From contig CAWFKH010000006.1 in the NCBI GenBank assembly GCA_963816355.1, positions 64,001 to 128,000 of the forward strand: a DNA stretch of 64,000 nucleotides. Direction: 5' to 3'. A model generated the notes under the pieces. That model was given only the letters and a program-made list of their open reading frames with translations. It made no database searches and was not told where the DNA came from. The stretch comes from an uncultured Gemmatimonadales bacterium. Lineage in GTDB: Bacteria > Gemmatimonadota > Gemmatimonadetes > Longimicrobiales > RSA9. Shown here piece by piece: positions 9,132 to 19,024 of the stretch; position 1 is the stretch's first letter, and every line of letters starts with the position of its first letter. The translations under genes were made by a program, and so were the position numbers.

Positions 9132-9851
9132 CTATCTCGAGGGCGTGGCGAGCGCGAAGTCGTACTCGAGGTGGATCGTGTCGGCGACGCTGAGGACCAC
9201 CGGCACGCGCGGCCGGGGCAGGTCGAAGTCCGCGAAGGTGAACGCGGTCGATCCGGTGCCGGTGATCCGCCCCTGCGCGAGCTTCGCGTCGACGTGCCAC
9301 GTCACGGGCCGTGTCACGCCCCTGACGGTGAGGTCGCCGATCACGTCGAAGGAAGCGTTCCCCGACGTGGGCAACGGCGACGGCAGGCCTCGCAGCTCCT
9401 TCGGCACGAACTGGACGGAGGGGTACTGCGCGGTCTCCAGGGTGCGGTGCTGCACGTAGCGGTCGCGGCGGTCGCGGTCGCTCGCGAGCTGCGTGACGTC
9501 GACGACGAACCTCGACTCCGCGGGGACGATCCGGCCGGCGCTGTCGAGGACGATGCCGCCGGTGACGCCGTGCGTGACGCCGACCGCGTCGTTCGGCAGG
9601 TCCACGTGCACGAGCTGCTCGCGCACGCGGTAGCGGGCTTCGTTGCCCTCGCCGGCGACGACGAGTCGCAGCGTGCCCGGCGCGGGGGCGGGCGCGCCGG
9701 CGGTCCCGCGGGATGCGGCCTGGCGCGCGGCGGGCAGCCCACCGCGGAGCGCGACGGGCGCGCCGCCGGTCCACGCGCGGGGCCCGGCGGCCGCGGCGAG
9801 CAGGAGTGCCACCGGTGCCCCGAGAATTCCGATCTTCCCTCGTCCGATCAT
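9132..9851 (-). CDS. YceI family protein
   Basis: ARYRVREQL, SDRDRRD, GDLTVRGVTRPVTW; signal peptide. Confidence 0.85.
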   Translation of the reverse strand: MIGRGKIGILGAPVALLLAAAAGPRAWTGGAPVALRGGLPAARQAASRGTAGAPAPAPGTLRLVVAGEGNEARYRVREQLVHVDLPNDAVGVTHGVTGGIVLDSAGRIVPAESRFVVDVTQLASDRDRRDRYVQHRTLETAQYPSVQFVPKELRGLPSPLPTSGNASFDVIGDLTVRGVTRPVTWHVDAKLAQGRITGTGSTAFTFADFDLPRPRVPVVLSVADTIHLEYDFALATPSR

Positions 9852-9982
9852 CGGCTTCGCTCCTCGAAGGTTCGGCTCGAGCCCGGATGCGGGCACGGCC
9901 ATGCCGTGAATAGGAACCACGAGGCCGGGCCGCGTGTTCCGCGGTTCCGCGTGTTCCGCGCCCTGTGCCGTTCCGCGCGTTC

Positions 9983-11029
9983 CTACCGCCCACCGGCGCC
10001 GGCGGTCTCGCGGCGGACGATGGGTGCGACGCGGGTGCCGAGCAGCTCGATGGCGTGCAGCACGTCGTCGTGGGGCATCGGCCCGACGGTGAGCTGGACG
10101 AGGAAGCGCTGGTGGTGGAAGAGGCGGTGCTGGAAGAGGATCTTCTCGACGATGCGGTCCGGGCCGCCGACGAAGAGCGCGCCGCGCAGCGTCGTCTCGG
10201 CGTCGAACTGGCGGCGGGATGTGGGTGGCCAGCCGCGCTCGCGGCCGATGCGGGTCATCGTCTCCGCGAAGGGAGGGAAGGCGAGGTCGGCGGCGGCGGC
10301 GTCGTCGTCCGCGATGAAGCCGTGCGAGTTGATGCCGACGGGCAGCGTGTCCGGGTCGTGGCCGGCGCGGCGGGCGGCCTCCCGGTACAGCTCGACGACG
10401 GGGACGAAGCGTTCGGGGGCGCCGCCGATGATGGCGAGCGCCATCGGCAGGCCGAGGGTTCCGGCTCGGACGACGGATGCGGGAGTGCCGCCGACGGCGA
10501 GCCAGACGGGGAGCGGGTCCTGCAGCGGCCGCGGGTAGACGGCGCGGTCGTCGATCGGCGCGCGGTGGCGGCCGCTCCACGCGACGCGGGGGTCGCGGCG
10601 CAGGGTGAGGAGCAGGTCGAGCTTCTCGGCGAAGAGGGCGTCGTAGTCGGCGAGGTCGTAGCCGAAGAGGGGGAACGACTCGGTGAAGGAGCCGCGGCCG
10701 GCCATGATCTCGGCGCGGCCGCCGGAAATCAGGTCGAGGGTGGCGAAGTCCTGGAAGACGCGCACCGGGTCGTCCGAGCTGAGCACGGATACGGCGCTGG
10801 TGAGGCGGATCCGCTCCGTGCGCGCGGCGGCCGCGGCGAGGACGACGGCGGGGGTCGACACGGCGTAATCGGCCCGGTGGTGCTCGCCGACGCCGAAGAC
10901 GTCGAGCCCGACACGGTCCGCCAGCTCGATCTCTTCGAGCAGGTGGCGAAGGCGCGTCCCGGCGTCGATCTGCCGCCCCGTCGCCGCGTCGACGGGCGTC
11001 TCGGCGAAGCTGTAGACTCCGATCTCCAT
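9983..11029 (-). CDS. LLM-class flavin-dependent oxidoreductase
   Basis: [43 protein letters not shown]. Confidence 0.92.
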   Translation of the reverse strand: MEIGVYSFAETPVDAATGRQIDAGTRLRHLLEEIELADRVGLDVFGVGEHHRADYAVSTPAVVLAAAAARTERIRLTSAVSVLSSDDPVRVFQDFATLDLISGGRAEIMAGRGSFTESFPLFGYDLADYDALFAEKLDLLLTLRRDPRVAWSGRHRAPIDDRAVYPRPLQDPLPVWLAVGGTPASVVRAGTLGLPMALAIIGGAPERFVPVVELYREAARRAGHDPDTLPVGINSHGFIADDDAAAADLAFPPFAETMTRIGRERGWPPTSRRQFDAETTLRGALFVGGPDRIVEKILFQHRLFHHQRFLVQLTVGPMPHDDVLHAIELLGTRVAPIVRRETAGAGGR

Positions 11030-11171
11030 GGCTGGAAGCTAGCCGGGCCGGTCGCCGTCCGCACGGCGGAACGGGGTGGGACCCGCGGACCGGCGCGTTG
11101 GGCGTGCGCCGACCGGCGGGCCGCCCTAGATTTCACCGTCCACCAGACGCCCCCCGTTGCCCCATGACGCC

Positions 11172-14100
11172 ATGAAGCTCGCATTCGCCGCCGCGGCGCT
11201 GCTCGCGCCGCTCGTCGCAGCGACCCCGGTGCTCCGCGCGCAGGAGACGACGACGCGCCTGCTCCACCAGCCGACGGTCAGCGCCACCTCGGTGGCGTTC
11301 GAGTACGGCGGCGACCTGTGGGTCGTGCCGCGCGACGGCGGCGAAGCGCGTCGTCTGACGTCGTCGGAAGGGGTCGAGACGGATCCGCACTTCTCGCCCG
11401 ATGGCCGGTGGCTCGCGTTCACCGGCCAATACGACGGTGGCGCGGACGTGTACGTCATGCCCGCGGCGGGCGGCGAGCCGAAGCGGCTGACGTGGCACCC
11501 GGGGGCCGACCAGGCGCGCGGCTGGACGCCGGAGGGGCGCGTCGTGTTCGTGTCGCCGCGCACCGGCATGCCGGACGGTGAGCCGCAGCTCTGGACGGTG
11601 GGGGTGGATGGCGGACTGCCGGAGCGGCTGCCGCTGCCGCGGGCGCAGGCGGGCTCGCTGTCGCCGGACGGCGGCTCGCTCGCCTACCAGCTCGTGCGGC
11701 CGTGGGAGACCGAGATGCGCAACTACCGCGGCGGCCAGAATCAGCCGATCCGCGTGATCGACCTGCGGACGCACGCGATGCGGAAGCTGCCGTGGACGGA
11801 CAGCCGCGACCGCGACCCGGCGTGGCTCGGCGCTACGATCTACTTCATCTCGGACCGCGACTGGACGCCGAACGTGTGGTCCTACGACACCGCGTCCGGC
11901 GCGCTGTCGCAGGTGACGCACTACGACGGCTTCGAGGTGGAGTCGCTCGACGCCGGGGCCGGCGCGGTGGTGTACGAGCAGGCGGGCGACATCCACGTCT
12001 ACGACCCCGCGAGCGGCCGGGACCGCAAGCTGGCGATCCACGCGGCGGGCGATTTTCCGTGGGCGATGCCGCACGCGATCGAGGTGGGGCGCTCGCTGCG
12101 CGAGCCGCGCCTCTCGCCGACCGGCGTGCGCGCGCTCTTCGAGGGTCGCGGCGACATCTTCACGGTGCCGGAGGACAAGGGGACCTGGCGCAACCTGACG
12201 CGCACGCCGGGCGTGGCGGACCGCGCGCCGATCTGGTCGCCGGACGGCCGCAGCATCGCGTGGTTCAGCGACGCGTCGGGCGAGTACCGGCTGGAAGTGG
12301 CGCCGCAGGATGGCACCGGCTCGGCGCGCGAGTACACGCTCGCGGAGCCGAGCTACTTCTACGACCCCGCGTGGTCGCCGGACGGCAAGCGGATCCTCTT
12401 CACCGACGCGGAGATGCACCTGCGCATGGTGGACCTCGCGAGCGGCCGTGAGACGCGCGTCGACACCGGCAACTACACGTGGCCGGACCGCACCATGTAC
12501 CCCACGTGGTCGCCCGACTCACACTGGATCGCCTACACCAAGCGGCTGCCCGGATCGCAGTTCCACGCCGTCTTCGTCTACAGGGTCGCGGACGGCTCCA
12601 CGCACCAGCTCACCGACGGCCTCTCGGACGTGATCTCGCCCGCGTGGGGCGCGAGCGGCAAGTACCTCCTCTTCCTCGCTTCGACCGACTTCGCGCTCAA
12701 CACCGGCTGGCTCGACATGAGCTCCTTCGAGCGCCCCGTGCGCCGCGGCGTCTACCTCGCCGTGCTCGCGAAGGACGAGCCGTCGCCGCTGCTGCCCGAG
12801 CCGGGCGACGAGCCCGCCGACTCCGCACGGCCGGGCGGCGCGTCGTCGTCGTCTTCCTCCTCGCGGGGGAAGGGCGCCGCCGGGCGCACCGCGGGGGGTG
12901 GGGGCGCCGCGCGCGACAGCGCCGCCGCGCCGGTGCGCATCGACTTCGCCGGCTTCTCGCAGCGCATCCTCTCGCTCGACGTGCCGACGCGGGACTACGT
13001 GGCGCTGAAGGCGGGGAAGAAGGGGATGTTCTACTACGTCGAGCGGGTGCCGAACCGCGCCGCCGTGCTGCACCGCTACGACCTGTCGAAGCGCGAGGCG
13101 ATCGATTTCCTGCCGCAGGCCGCCTCGGAGTACGCCCTCTCGGCGGACGGCGGCAAGCTGCTCTACGAGGGCGTCTCCGAGCAGGGTCGGCCGAACGGCA
13201 CGTGGTCGGTGGTCGACGCGACCGGCCAGCCGCCGGCGCCGGGGAAGGGAACGCTCGGCACGAACGCGCTGCGCGCGGAGGTCGACCCCGCCGCGGAGTG
13301 GCGGCAGATCTTCCACGAGGCGTGGCGCATCGAGCGCGATTACCTCTACGTGTCGAACCTCAACGGCGCGGACTGGGACGCGGTCGGCGCGAGGTACGCG
13401 TCCTTCCTGCCCTACGTGAAGCACCGCGCGGACCTGACGCAGCTCCTCGACGAGATGCAGGGCGAGCTGTCGGTGGGTCACAGCTTCGTCGGCGGCGGCA
13501 ATGTGCCGCGTCCGGACGCGCTGCCGGTCGGCCTGCTCGGCGCCGACTTCGAGGTCGCGAACGGCCGCTACCGGATCGCGAAGATCTACACCGGCGAGAA
13601 CTGGAATCCGGACCTGCGCGCGCCGCTCTCCGCGCCCGGCGTCGACGTGCGCGAGGGCGACTACATCCTGGCCGTCGACGGCCGCCCGCTCACGCCGCCG
13701 GCCAACCCGTACGCCGCGTTCGTCGGCACCGTCGGACGGCAGGTGAAGATCCGCGTCAACGACCGCCCCACGGCCGACGGCTCACGGCTCGTCACCGTCG
13801 TCCCGATCGCGAGCGAAGCGGGGCTGCGTACGCGCGACTGGATCGAGGCGAACCGACGCGAGGTCGACCGCCTCTCCGGCGGCCGCCTCGCCTACGTCTA
13901 CGTGCCGAACACGTCGAACGAGGGCTACGCCAGCTTCAACCGCTACTACTTCGCCCAGCAGGAGAAGCAGGGCGCGATCATCGACGAGCGCTTCAACCAC
14001 GGCGGCACCGTCGCCGACTACATGATCGACATCATGGGCCGCAAGCTCCAGGGCTACTTCAACCAGCGGGCGGGCTCGCACCGCCCCGTGACCGTGCCGG

Positions 14101-14543
14101 GCGCCGGGATCTGGGGACCGAAGGTGATGATCATCAACGAGATGAGCGGTTCCGGCGGCGACATGTTCCCCTACCTGTTCCGCCAGGAGGGGATCGGACC
14201 GCTGGTCGGCGAGCGCACCTGGGGCGGCCTCGTCGGATGGGGCGGCGAGCCGCCGCTCCTCGACGGCGGCTTCATCTCCGCACCGAGCACCGGCTTCTTC
14301 AACCGCGAGGGCGAGTGGGACGTCGAGAACATCGGCGTCGCGCCCGACATCGCGGTCGAGCAGACGCCCGCCGAACAGCTCGCCGGACACGATCCGCAGC
14401 TCGAGCGCGCCGTCGCCGAGGCGCTCAAACTGCTCGAGGCGAATCCGATGCGGCTGAAGGCGGAGCCGGCGGCGCCGGACCGCGTCCACCCCGGCGGCAC
14501 GGGCGGCACGGGCGGCGGCCGCGGCGCGGGCGGCGGCCGCTGA
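11172..14543 (+). CDS. Tricorn-like S41 peptidase
   Basis: Signal peptide, PD40 propeller repeats, PDZ domain, DERFNHGG, SGSGGD, RTWGG. Confidence 0.95.
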   Translation: MKLAFAAAALLAPLVAATPVLRAQETTTRLLHQPTVSATSVAFEYGGDLWVVPRDGGEARRLTSSEGVETDPHFSPDGRWLAFTGQYDGGADVYVMPAAGGEPKRLTWHPGADQARGWTPEGRVVFVSPRTGMPDGEPQLWTVGVDGGLPERLPLPRAQAGSLSPDGGSLAYQLVRPWETEMRNYRGGQNQPIRVIDLRTHAMRKLPWTDSRDRDPAWLGATIYFISDRDWTPNVWSYDTASGALSQVTHYDGFEVESLDAGAGAVVYEQAGDIHVYDPASGRDRKLAIHAAGDFPWAMPHAIEVGRSLREPRLSPTGVRALFEGRGDIFTVPEDKGTWRNLTRTPGVADRAPIWSPDGRSIAWFSDASGEYRLEVAPQDGTGSAREYTLAEPSYFYDPAWSPDGKRILFTDAEMHLRMVDLASGRETRVDTGNYTWPDRTMYPTWSPDSHWIAYTKRLPGSQFHAVFVYRVADGSTHQLTDGLSDVISPAWGASGKYLLFLASTDFALNTGWLDMSSFERPVRRGVYLAVLAKDEPSPLLPEPGDEPADSARPGGASSSSSSSRGKGAAGRTAGGGGAARDSAAAPVRIDFAGFSQRILSLDVPTRDYVALKAGKKGMFYYVERVPNRAAVLHRYDLSKREAIDFLPQAASEYALSADGGKLLYEGVSEQGRPNGTWSVVDATGQPPAPGKGTLGTNALRAEVDPAAEWRQIFHEAWRIERDYLYVSNLNGADWDAVGARYASFLPYVKHRADLTQLLDEMQGELSVGHSFVGGGNVPRPDALPVGLLGADFEVANGRYRIAKIYTGENWNPDLRAPLSAPGVDVREGDYILAVDGRPLTPPANPYAAFVGTVGRQVKIRVNDRPTADGSRLVTVVPIASEAGLRTRDWIEANRREVDRLSGGRLAYVYVPNTSNEGYASFNRYYFAQQEKQGAIIDERFNHGGTVADYMIDIMGRKLQGYFNQRAGSHRPVTVPGAGIWGPKVMIINEMSGSGGDMFPYLFRQEGIGPLVGERTWGGLVGWGGEPPLLDGGFISAPSTGFFNREGEWDVENIGVAPDIAVEQTPAEQLAGHDPQLERAVAEALKLLEANPMRLKAEPAAPDRVHPGGTGGTGGGRGAGGGR

Positions 14544-14598
14544 CGGCGTGGCCCGCGTGGCAGAGGAGCGGCGCGGCGACGCGCCCGGAACGACCACG

Positions 14599-15090
14599 AT
14601 GCCGATCCGGGTCTTCGTCACGGGCGGCACGTTCGACAAGGAGTACGACGAGCACCGCGGCACGCTCGACTTCCACGACACGCACGTGCCGGAGATGCTC
14701 GAGCTGGGCCGCTGCCGCCTCGACGTGGCCGTGCGCACGCTGATGATGGTCGACAGCCTCGACATGACCGACGAGGACCGCGCCACGATCGTCGAGCACT
14801 GCCGCCGCTGCGCCGAGACGCGCGTCGTCGTCACGCACGGCACCGACACAATGGTCGACACCGCGCGCGCACTCGCGGCCGGGATCGGGGGGAAGACGGT
14901 GGTGTTGACGGGGGCGATGATCCCCTACGCGTTCGGCAGCTCTGACGGCCTCTTCAACCTCGGCAGCGCCCTCTCCTTCGCGCAGGTGCTGCCCGCCGGC
15001 GTCTACATCGCGATGAACGGCCGCTGCTTTCCGTGGGACGACGTGCGCAAGAACCGCGACGAGGGGGTCTTCGAGCCGCTCCCCGGGTGA
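14599..15090 (+). CDS. Short asparaginase-domain protein
   Basis: TGGTFDK and THGTDTM motifs; N-terminal domain only. Confidence 0.88.
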   Translation: MPIRVFVTGGTFDKEYDEHRGTLDFHDTHVPEMLELGRCRLDVAVRTLMMVDSLDMTDEDRATIVEHCRRCAETRVVVTHGTDTMVDTARALAAGIGGKTVVLTGAMIPYAFGSSDGLFNLGSALSFAQVLPAGVYIAMNGRCFPWDDVRKNRDEGVFEPLPG

Positions 15091-15106
15091 GCCGGGCGCG
15101 GATCGG

Positions 15107-15427
15107 TCAGAGCGCGGGTGCCGGCCCGTGCTTCGCGCGGGGGGGCCGCGCGGGCGGCTGCTCCCCGGCGACCGGCGTGACGAGCACGTTCGAAGCGGCG
15201 GCGAAGAAGGGCGGCGCGCCCTCCTCCTCGAGACGGATCTGGATGAGCCGGCTGCCATCGCCCGTCTTGCCGTGGAGCGACGCGACGGTGCCCTCGCCGG
15301 CGACGCAGTAGACGGACTCCCCGACGGACGGAGCGCGGCCCTTGCCGCTCACCCAGCCGGGCCGATTCTCCGGGTTCACGTGCAGGTCGGCTCCGCGGAG
15401 TCTCCTGGCGCTGTTCGCCTTTCCCAT
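15107..15427 (-). CDS. Small hypothetical protein
   Basis: 106-aa ORF with RBS-like GGAGA and beta-rich, protein-like composition. Confidence 0.6.
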   Translation of the reverse strand: MGKANSARRLRGADLHVNPENRPGWVSGKGRAPSVGESVYCVAGEGTVASLHGKTGDGSRLIQIRLEEEGAPPFFAAASNVLVTPVAGEQPPARPPRAKHGPAPAL

Positions 15428-15549
15428 GCCGATCTGTCTCCCGGTCCGAGGCGGTCGCGTGGAAGCGGGCGCGCCGCGCGTCCGCGGTGGACCGCGCCGC
15501 GGGCGGACGGTACGCGGGCCCGCAGGGGCCCACGCGGAGGAGGGTCCTG

Positions 15550-17871
15550 CTACCCTCCTGGGCGCGGGCCGTTCCGGGCGCCCGCGGGCCGGCTGCCTCC
15601 GTCCGCGGGCCGCGACGCTCCATCCCCGGGCCGCGACGCTCCATCCCCGGGCCGCGCGCCTCCGGCCGCTTCGGGTCCGGTCTCACGTGCGAGAAAGCCC
15701 CACGCGTCGGCCGGGCGGCCGCCGGGCAGCGGCTCGCCGGCGACGCGGGCGGTGCCCTCGTCGGTCCGGAGCAGGACGGGCCGGTCGCACGCCTGCGCCG
15801 ACTGGAGCCGGGCGACGAAGCGGTAGGAGGCGGAGGCCGTCGTCGAGCGGGGATCCCGCTCCGCGACGGTGGCGAGCAGGGCCGGGTAGCATACGCCCGG
15901 GCGCACGTTGTGGAGCGGCGACAGCTCGCGGAGCCACGGCAGCGCGGCGGAGTCCCGCGCCGACCCGAACTCGTCGGTCCAGCCGGAGCCGGGCGCGGAG
16001 CGGTCGTAGCCGAGCAGGTCGAGAAGACCCGAGCGCACGTACGCCGCGGCGAACAGCCCCGGCCGCCGTTCGATCGCGGCGCCGACGAGCAGCCCTCCCG
16101 CCTGCACGCCCATGAGCGCGAGGTGCGTCGAGTCCGTGTAACCGCGCCGGACGAGGTGCTCCGCGGCGGCCACGACGTCGTCGACCGCGTTGCGCTTCCG
16201 CTCGCGCATCCCCGCCTCGTGCCAGGCCTGGCCGTAGTCGCCGCCGCCACGCACCGCCGCCTGCGCGTAGACGCCCCCCATCTCGAGCCACGGCACGATT
16301 TCGGCCACGAACTGCGGGTACACGCTGGTGCCGAACGCGCCGTAGGCATTGAGGGCGGTACGGTTGGACCCGTCCAGCGGCACGTCCTTGCGGCTGCTGA
16401 TGAAGATCGGCACGCGGGTCCCGTCCGCAGAGGTGGCGAACTCCTCGCGCGTCTCGTAGCGGGTGGTGTCGAGCAGGGTCGGTGCGGGTCCCACCGTCTC
16501 GAGCGTGCGGCGATCGAGGTCGTAGCGGTACCACGCCGCCGGCCGCACCGGCGAGGAGAAGCGGAAGAACAACTCGGCGGCGTCCTTGCTGCCGGTCATC
16601 AGGGACGCCGTGCCGATGCCTGGAAGCGCCACCGTGTCGAGCGCTTCGCCGGCCGTGGAGTAGACGACGATGCGGCTCGCGACGTCGTGGTCGTAGAGCG
16701 CCGCGACGCGGCCGCCGACCACGCTCGCTTCCCGCAGCCGCTCCTTGCTCTCCGGAACGACGATGCGCTGCCGCGGGTCCGCGCCCTGGCCGAACGGCAC
16801 CGCGACGACGCGGCCGTTCGGCGCGTCCTTCGTCGTCTGGATCAGCAGCTCGTCGTCGATCTCGCGTAGCCAGATGTAGGTGCCGTCCTCCTTCGTGAGC
16901 AGGGGGCGGATCGCGCCGCCGACGTCCGGGTGCAGCGGGTCTCCCAGGTCGATGTAGGAGATCCGGTTCACGCCCCTCTTGGTGTCCCACAGGTTGAGGA
17001 TCAGGTAGCGCCCGGAAGCCGTGATCCCGGCGCCGACGTACACCTCCGGCCGGTCGTGCTCCGCGTACACCAGACGATCGGCGCTCTGCGGCGTGCCGAC
17101 CACGTGGTAGTACGCTTCGTTGTCCGCGGACGGCGGCTCGGCGTTGCCGCCCGGCACGGGGCGGTCGTACACGAAGCCGCGCCCGTCGCGCGACCACGAA
17201 TAGGACGACGCCCGCTCGACGTCGTGCAACGTGTCCGGCAGATCGCGGCCGGTCCCGAGGTCGAGGAGATGGAAGCTGTTCTCGCCGGTGCGCTGCGAGT
17301 GGAGTTGGTAGACGAGCAGGCGGGCGGCCGGCGACGTGCGGTAGCCGATCAGGCGCGTCGAGTCGTCCGGCCACCGCCGCGTCGCGTCGATCACCGGCAC
17401 CGGCTCGCCGGCGCGCGGCGTCCCCGCATCCCGTGCGCCACCGGCCCGCGCGCCGCCACCGGGCACGATCGCGTACACGACCGCGCGCGAATCGCCCGGC
17501 TGCGACACCGAGTAGTAGACGCGTTCGCCGCCGCGCTTCGGGAAGCCGACGTTCTCGAATGCCGGCAACGCGTCCAGCCGGGCCGCGATGCGCGCCCGCA
17601 GGGGCGAATCGTCCAGGTTGCGTCGTACAAGGCGGTTCTGCGCATCGAGCCACGCCTGCACGTCGGTGCTCGCCGTGTCCGCCAGCCAGCGGTACGGCGC
17701 CGGTACGCGGGTGCCCGCGTAGACCTCGGCGGTGGTGTCGGTGCGGGTCGCGGGTTGGCGCGGCGCCTGGCCGCGCACAGCGGAGGGTGCGCCGGCGAGA
17801 GAAGTTGCCAGGAGCGCGGCGGCGAGCCGCGATCGGCCAGCACGACGTGGCGTGCGGGTCATCGTCGTCAT
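15550..17871 (-). CDS. Secreted prolyl oligopeptidase (S9A) homolog lacking the catalytic Ser/His
   Basis: PYRWL, SADGTRVPIF, VRGGGDYGQAWH; GVQAGG at the GxSxGG position. Confidence 0.85.
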   Translation of the reverse strand: MTTMTRTPRRAGRSRLAAALLATSLAGAPSAVRGQAPRQPATRTDTTAEVYAGTRVPAPYRWLADTASTDVQAWLDAQNRLVRRNLDDSPLRARIAARLDALPAFENVGFPKRGGERVYYSVSQPGDSRAVVYAIVPGGGARAGGARDAGTPRAGEPVPVIDATRRWPDDSTRLIGYRTSPAARLLVYQLHSQRTGENSFHLLDLGTGRDLPDTLHDVERASSYSWSRDGRGFVYDRPVPGGNAEPPSADNEAYYHVVGTPQSADRLVYAEHDRPEVYVGAGITASGRYLILNLWDTKRGVNRISYIDLGDPLHPDVGGAIRPLLTKEDGTYIWLREIDDELLIQTTKDAPNGRVVAVPFGQGADPRQRIVVPESKERLREASVVGGRVAALYDHDVASRIVVYSTAGEALDTVALPGIGTASLMTGSKDAAELFFRFSSPVRPAAWYRYDLDRRTLETVGPAPTLLDTTRYETREEFATSADGTRVPIFISSRKDVPLDGSNRTALNAYGAFGTSVYPQFVAEIVPWLEMGGVYAQAAVRGGGDYGQAWHEAGMRERKRNAVDDVVAAAEHLVRRGYTDSTHLALMGVQAGGLLVGAAIERRPGLFAAAYVRSGLLDLLGYDRSAPGSGWTDEFGSARDSAALPWLRELSPLHNVRPGVCYPALLATVAERDPRSTTASASYRFVARLQSAQACDRPVLLRTDEGTARVAGEPLPGGRPADAWGFLARETGPEAAGGARPGDGASRPGDGASRPADGGSRPAGARNGPRPGG

Positions 17872-18087
17872 CCCCTTCGGAAGGCGGATCGGATCGAGGA
17901 GCGCCCGGAGGCGACCGCGTACCCGGGGGCAACCGGCGTGCCGGCCACGGAGAATCGGACAAACGGTTCATCCGCGGGGAGTTGCGCGGGTGGTCCGGCG
18001 CGCGGCTCGCGGCGGCGATTGTCCGGCCCCGGGACGGAGGCGCCCGCATCCGGACGCGGATGTCGGTTGGGATCGCGGGGTGTCGCG

Positions 18088-18114
18088 GGAACCGTCCTCC
18101 CGCGCTCCCGGTTG
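18088..18114 (+). promoter_or_regulatory. SigH/SigR-type ECF promoter (GGAAC-N18-GTTG)
   Basis: GGAACcgtcctcccgcgctcccgGTTG about 80 bp before ATG 18193. Confidence 0.6.
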
Positions 18115-18192
18115 AGCCTCGTGAAGCGCGGAACGGTCCGCGCCGGTCGGAGCGATCGAGCTCCGGTCCCCACGAGAGCGAGGGAGGCGACG

Positions 18193-18645
18193 ATGAGCAT
18201 CAGGATCGGGCGGGCGGTGGCGGCGGGTGTCGCCGGTACGGTGGTGATGACGGTGGTCGGGACTCAGGTGGCGCCGCTGATGGGGATTCCGGCGATGAAC
18301 CCGGCGCGGATGCTGGCGGGGCCGATGGGTGGCAGCCTGGCGCTCGGCTGGATGGCGCACTTCATGATCGGCGTCGTGCTGGCGGTGGGCTACGCCATCG
18401 TCGCGCCACGGCTCGTCGGCCCGCCGGTCGCGCGCGGCGCGCTCTACGGCATCGCGCCGTTCCTGCTCGCGCAGCTCGCCGTCATACCGATGATGGGGAT
18501 GCCGGTCTTCTCCGGCTCGGTGGTGCTGGCGTTCGGCAGCCTCGTCGGTCACATCGTCTACGGTGGCGTGGTCGGCGGTGTCTACGGCGCGGTGCCGTCG
18601 ATCGCGGCGACCGGCGCGCTGCGGCGGGCGGCGGCGAGGGCGTGA
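18193..18645 (+). CDS. Four-TM membrane protein (DUF6789/DUF2938-like)
   Basis: GGAGG RBS; GVAGTVVMT, GWMAHF, GHIVYG motifs. Confidence 0.75.
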   Translation: MSIRIGRAVAAGVAGTVVMTVVGTQVAPLMGIPAMNPARMLAGPMGGSLALGWMAHFMIGVVLAVGYAIVAPRLVGPPVARGALYGIAPFLLAQLAVIPMMGMPVFSGSVVLAFGSLVGHIVYGGVVGGVYGAVPSIAATGALRRAAARA

Positions 18646-18656
18646 TTCGATCGCAA

Positions 18657-18710
18657 CGGCGGCCGGGGCGCTCACGCCGCTCGACGGGTGGCGTTCCGGC
18701 CGCCGCTTTC
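18657..18710 (+). terminator. Hairpin after the membrane protein gene
   Basis: cggcggccgg...ccggccgccg followed by a short T run. Confidence 0.45.
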
Positions 18711-18745
18711 GGCCGGCCCGGCAGGGGCCGGCCCTCGGCGTCGTC

Positions 18746-18775
18746 TTGACGCCTGGCCCATCCGCCGCGTATGGT
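18746..18775 (+). promoter_or_regulatory. Sigma70-type promoter of the leader transcript
   Basis: TTGACG-N18-TATGGT. Confidence 0.55.
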
Positions 18776-18807
18776 CCCGCCGGCAACGGACCCGTCACCC
18801 GGACACC

Positions 18808-18930
18808 ATGACCCGGACCCACCCGATGGCTCAGGCTCCCGACACCTCCGTCCGCGGCGCGCTCACCTGCGGCTGTCCCTGCTGTTGTATGTCCGGACTC
18901 TCGCACCGCGGGAGGCCGCCGGGAGTGTAG
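18808..18930 (+). CDS. Cys-rich attenuator leader peptide
   Basis: MTRTHPMAQAPDTSVRGALTCGCPCCCMSGLSHRGRPPGV*; five Cys codons within 18868-18888; alternative ATG at 18826. Confidence 0.7.
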   Translation: MTRTHPMAQAPDTSVRGALTCGCPCCCMSGLSHRGRPPGV

Positions 18931-18954
18931 TCGAAGTCTCTTTCGACCGCGTAT

Positions 18955-18990
18955 CCGGGCCCTCTCTCGCGGGAGGGCCCGGTTTTTTTT
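18955..18990 (+). terminator. Intrinsic terminator of the attenuator
   Basis: 12-bp stem CCGGGCCCTCTC/GGGAGGGCCCGG, 4-nt loop, T8, 34 bp before ATG 19025. Confidence 0.88.
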
Positions 18991-19024
18991 CGTCCCGTGC
19001 CGCCGCACGAAAGGAGGCCGCGCG

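Noticed and set aside
18808..18930. Graspetide/RiPP precursor for the ATP-grasp enzyme
   Set aside because: Lacks an acidic/Thr/Lys core; no peptidase or exporter; the terminator geometry fits attenuation better. Not formally excluded
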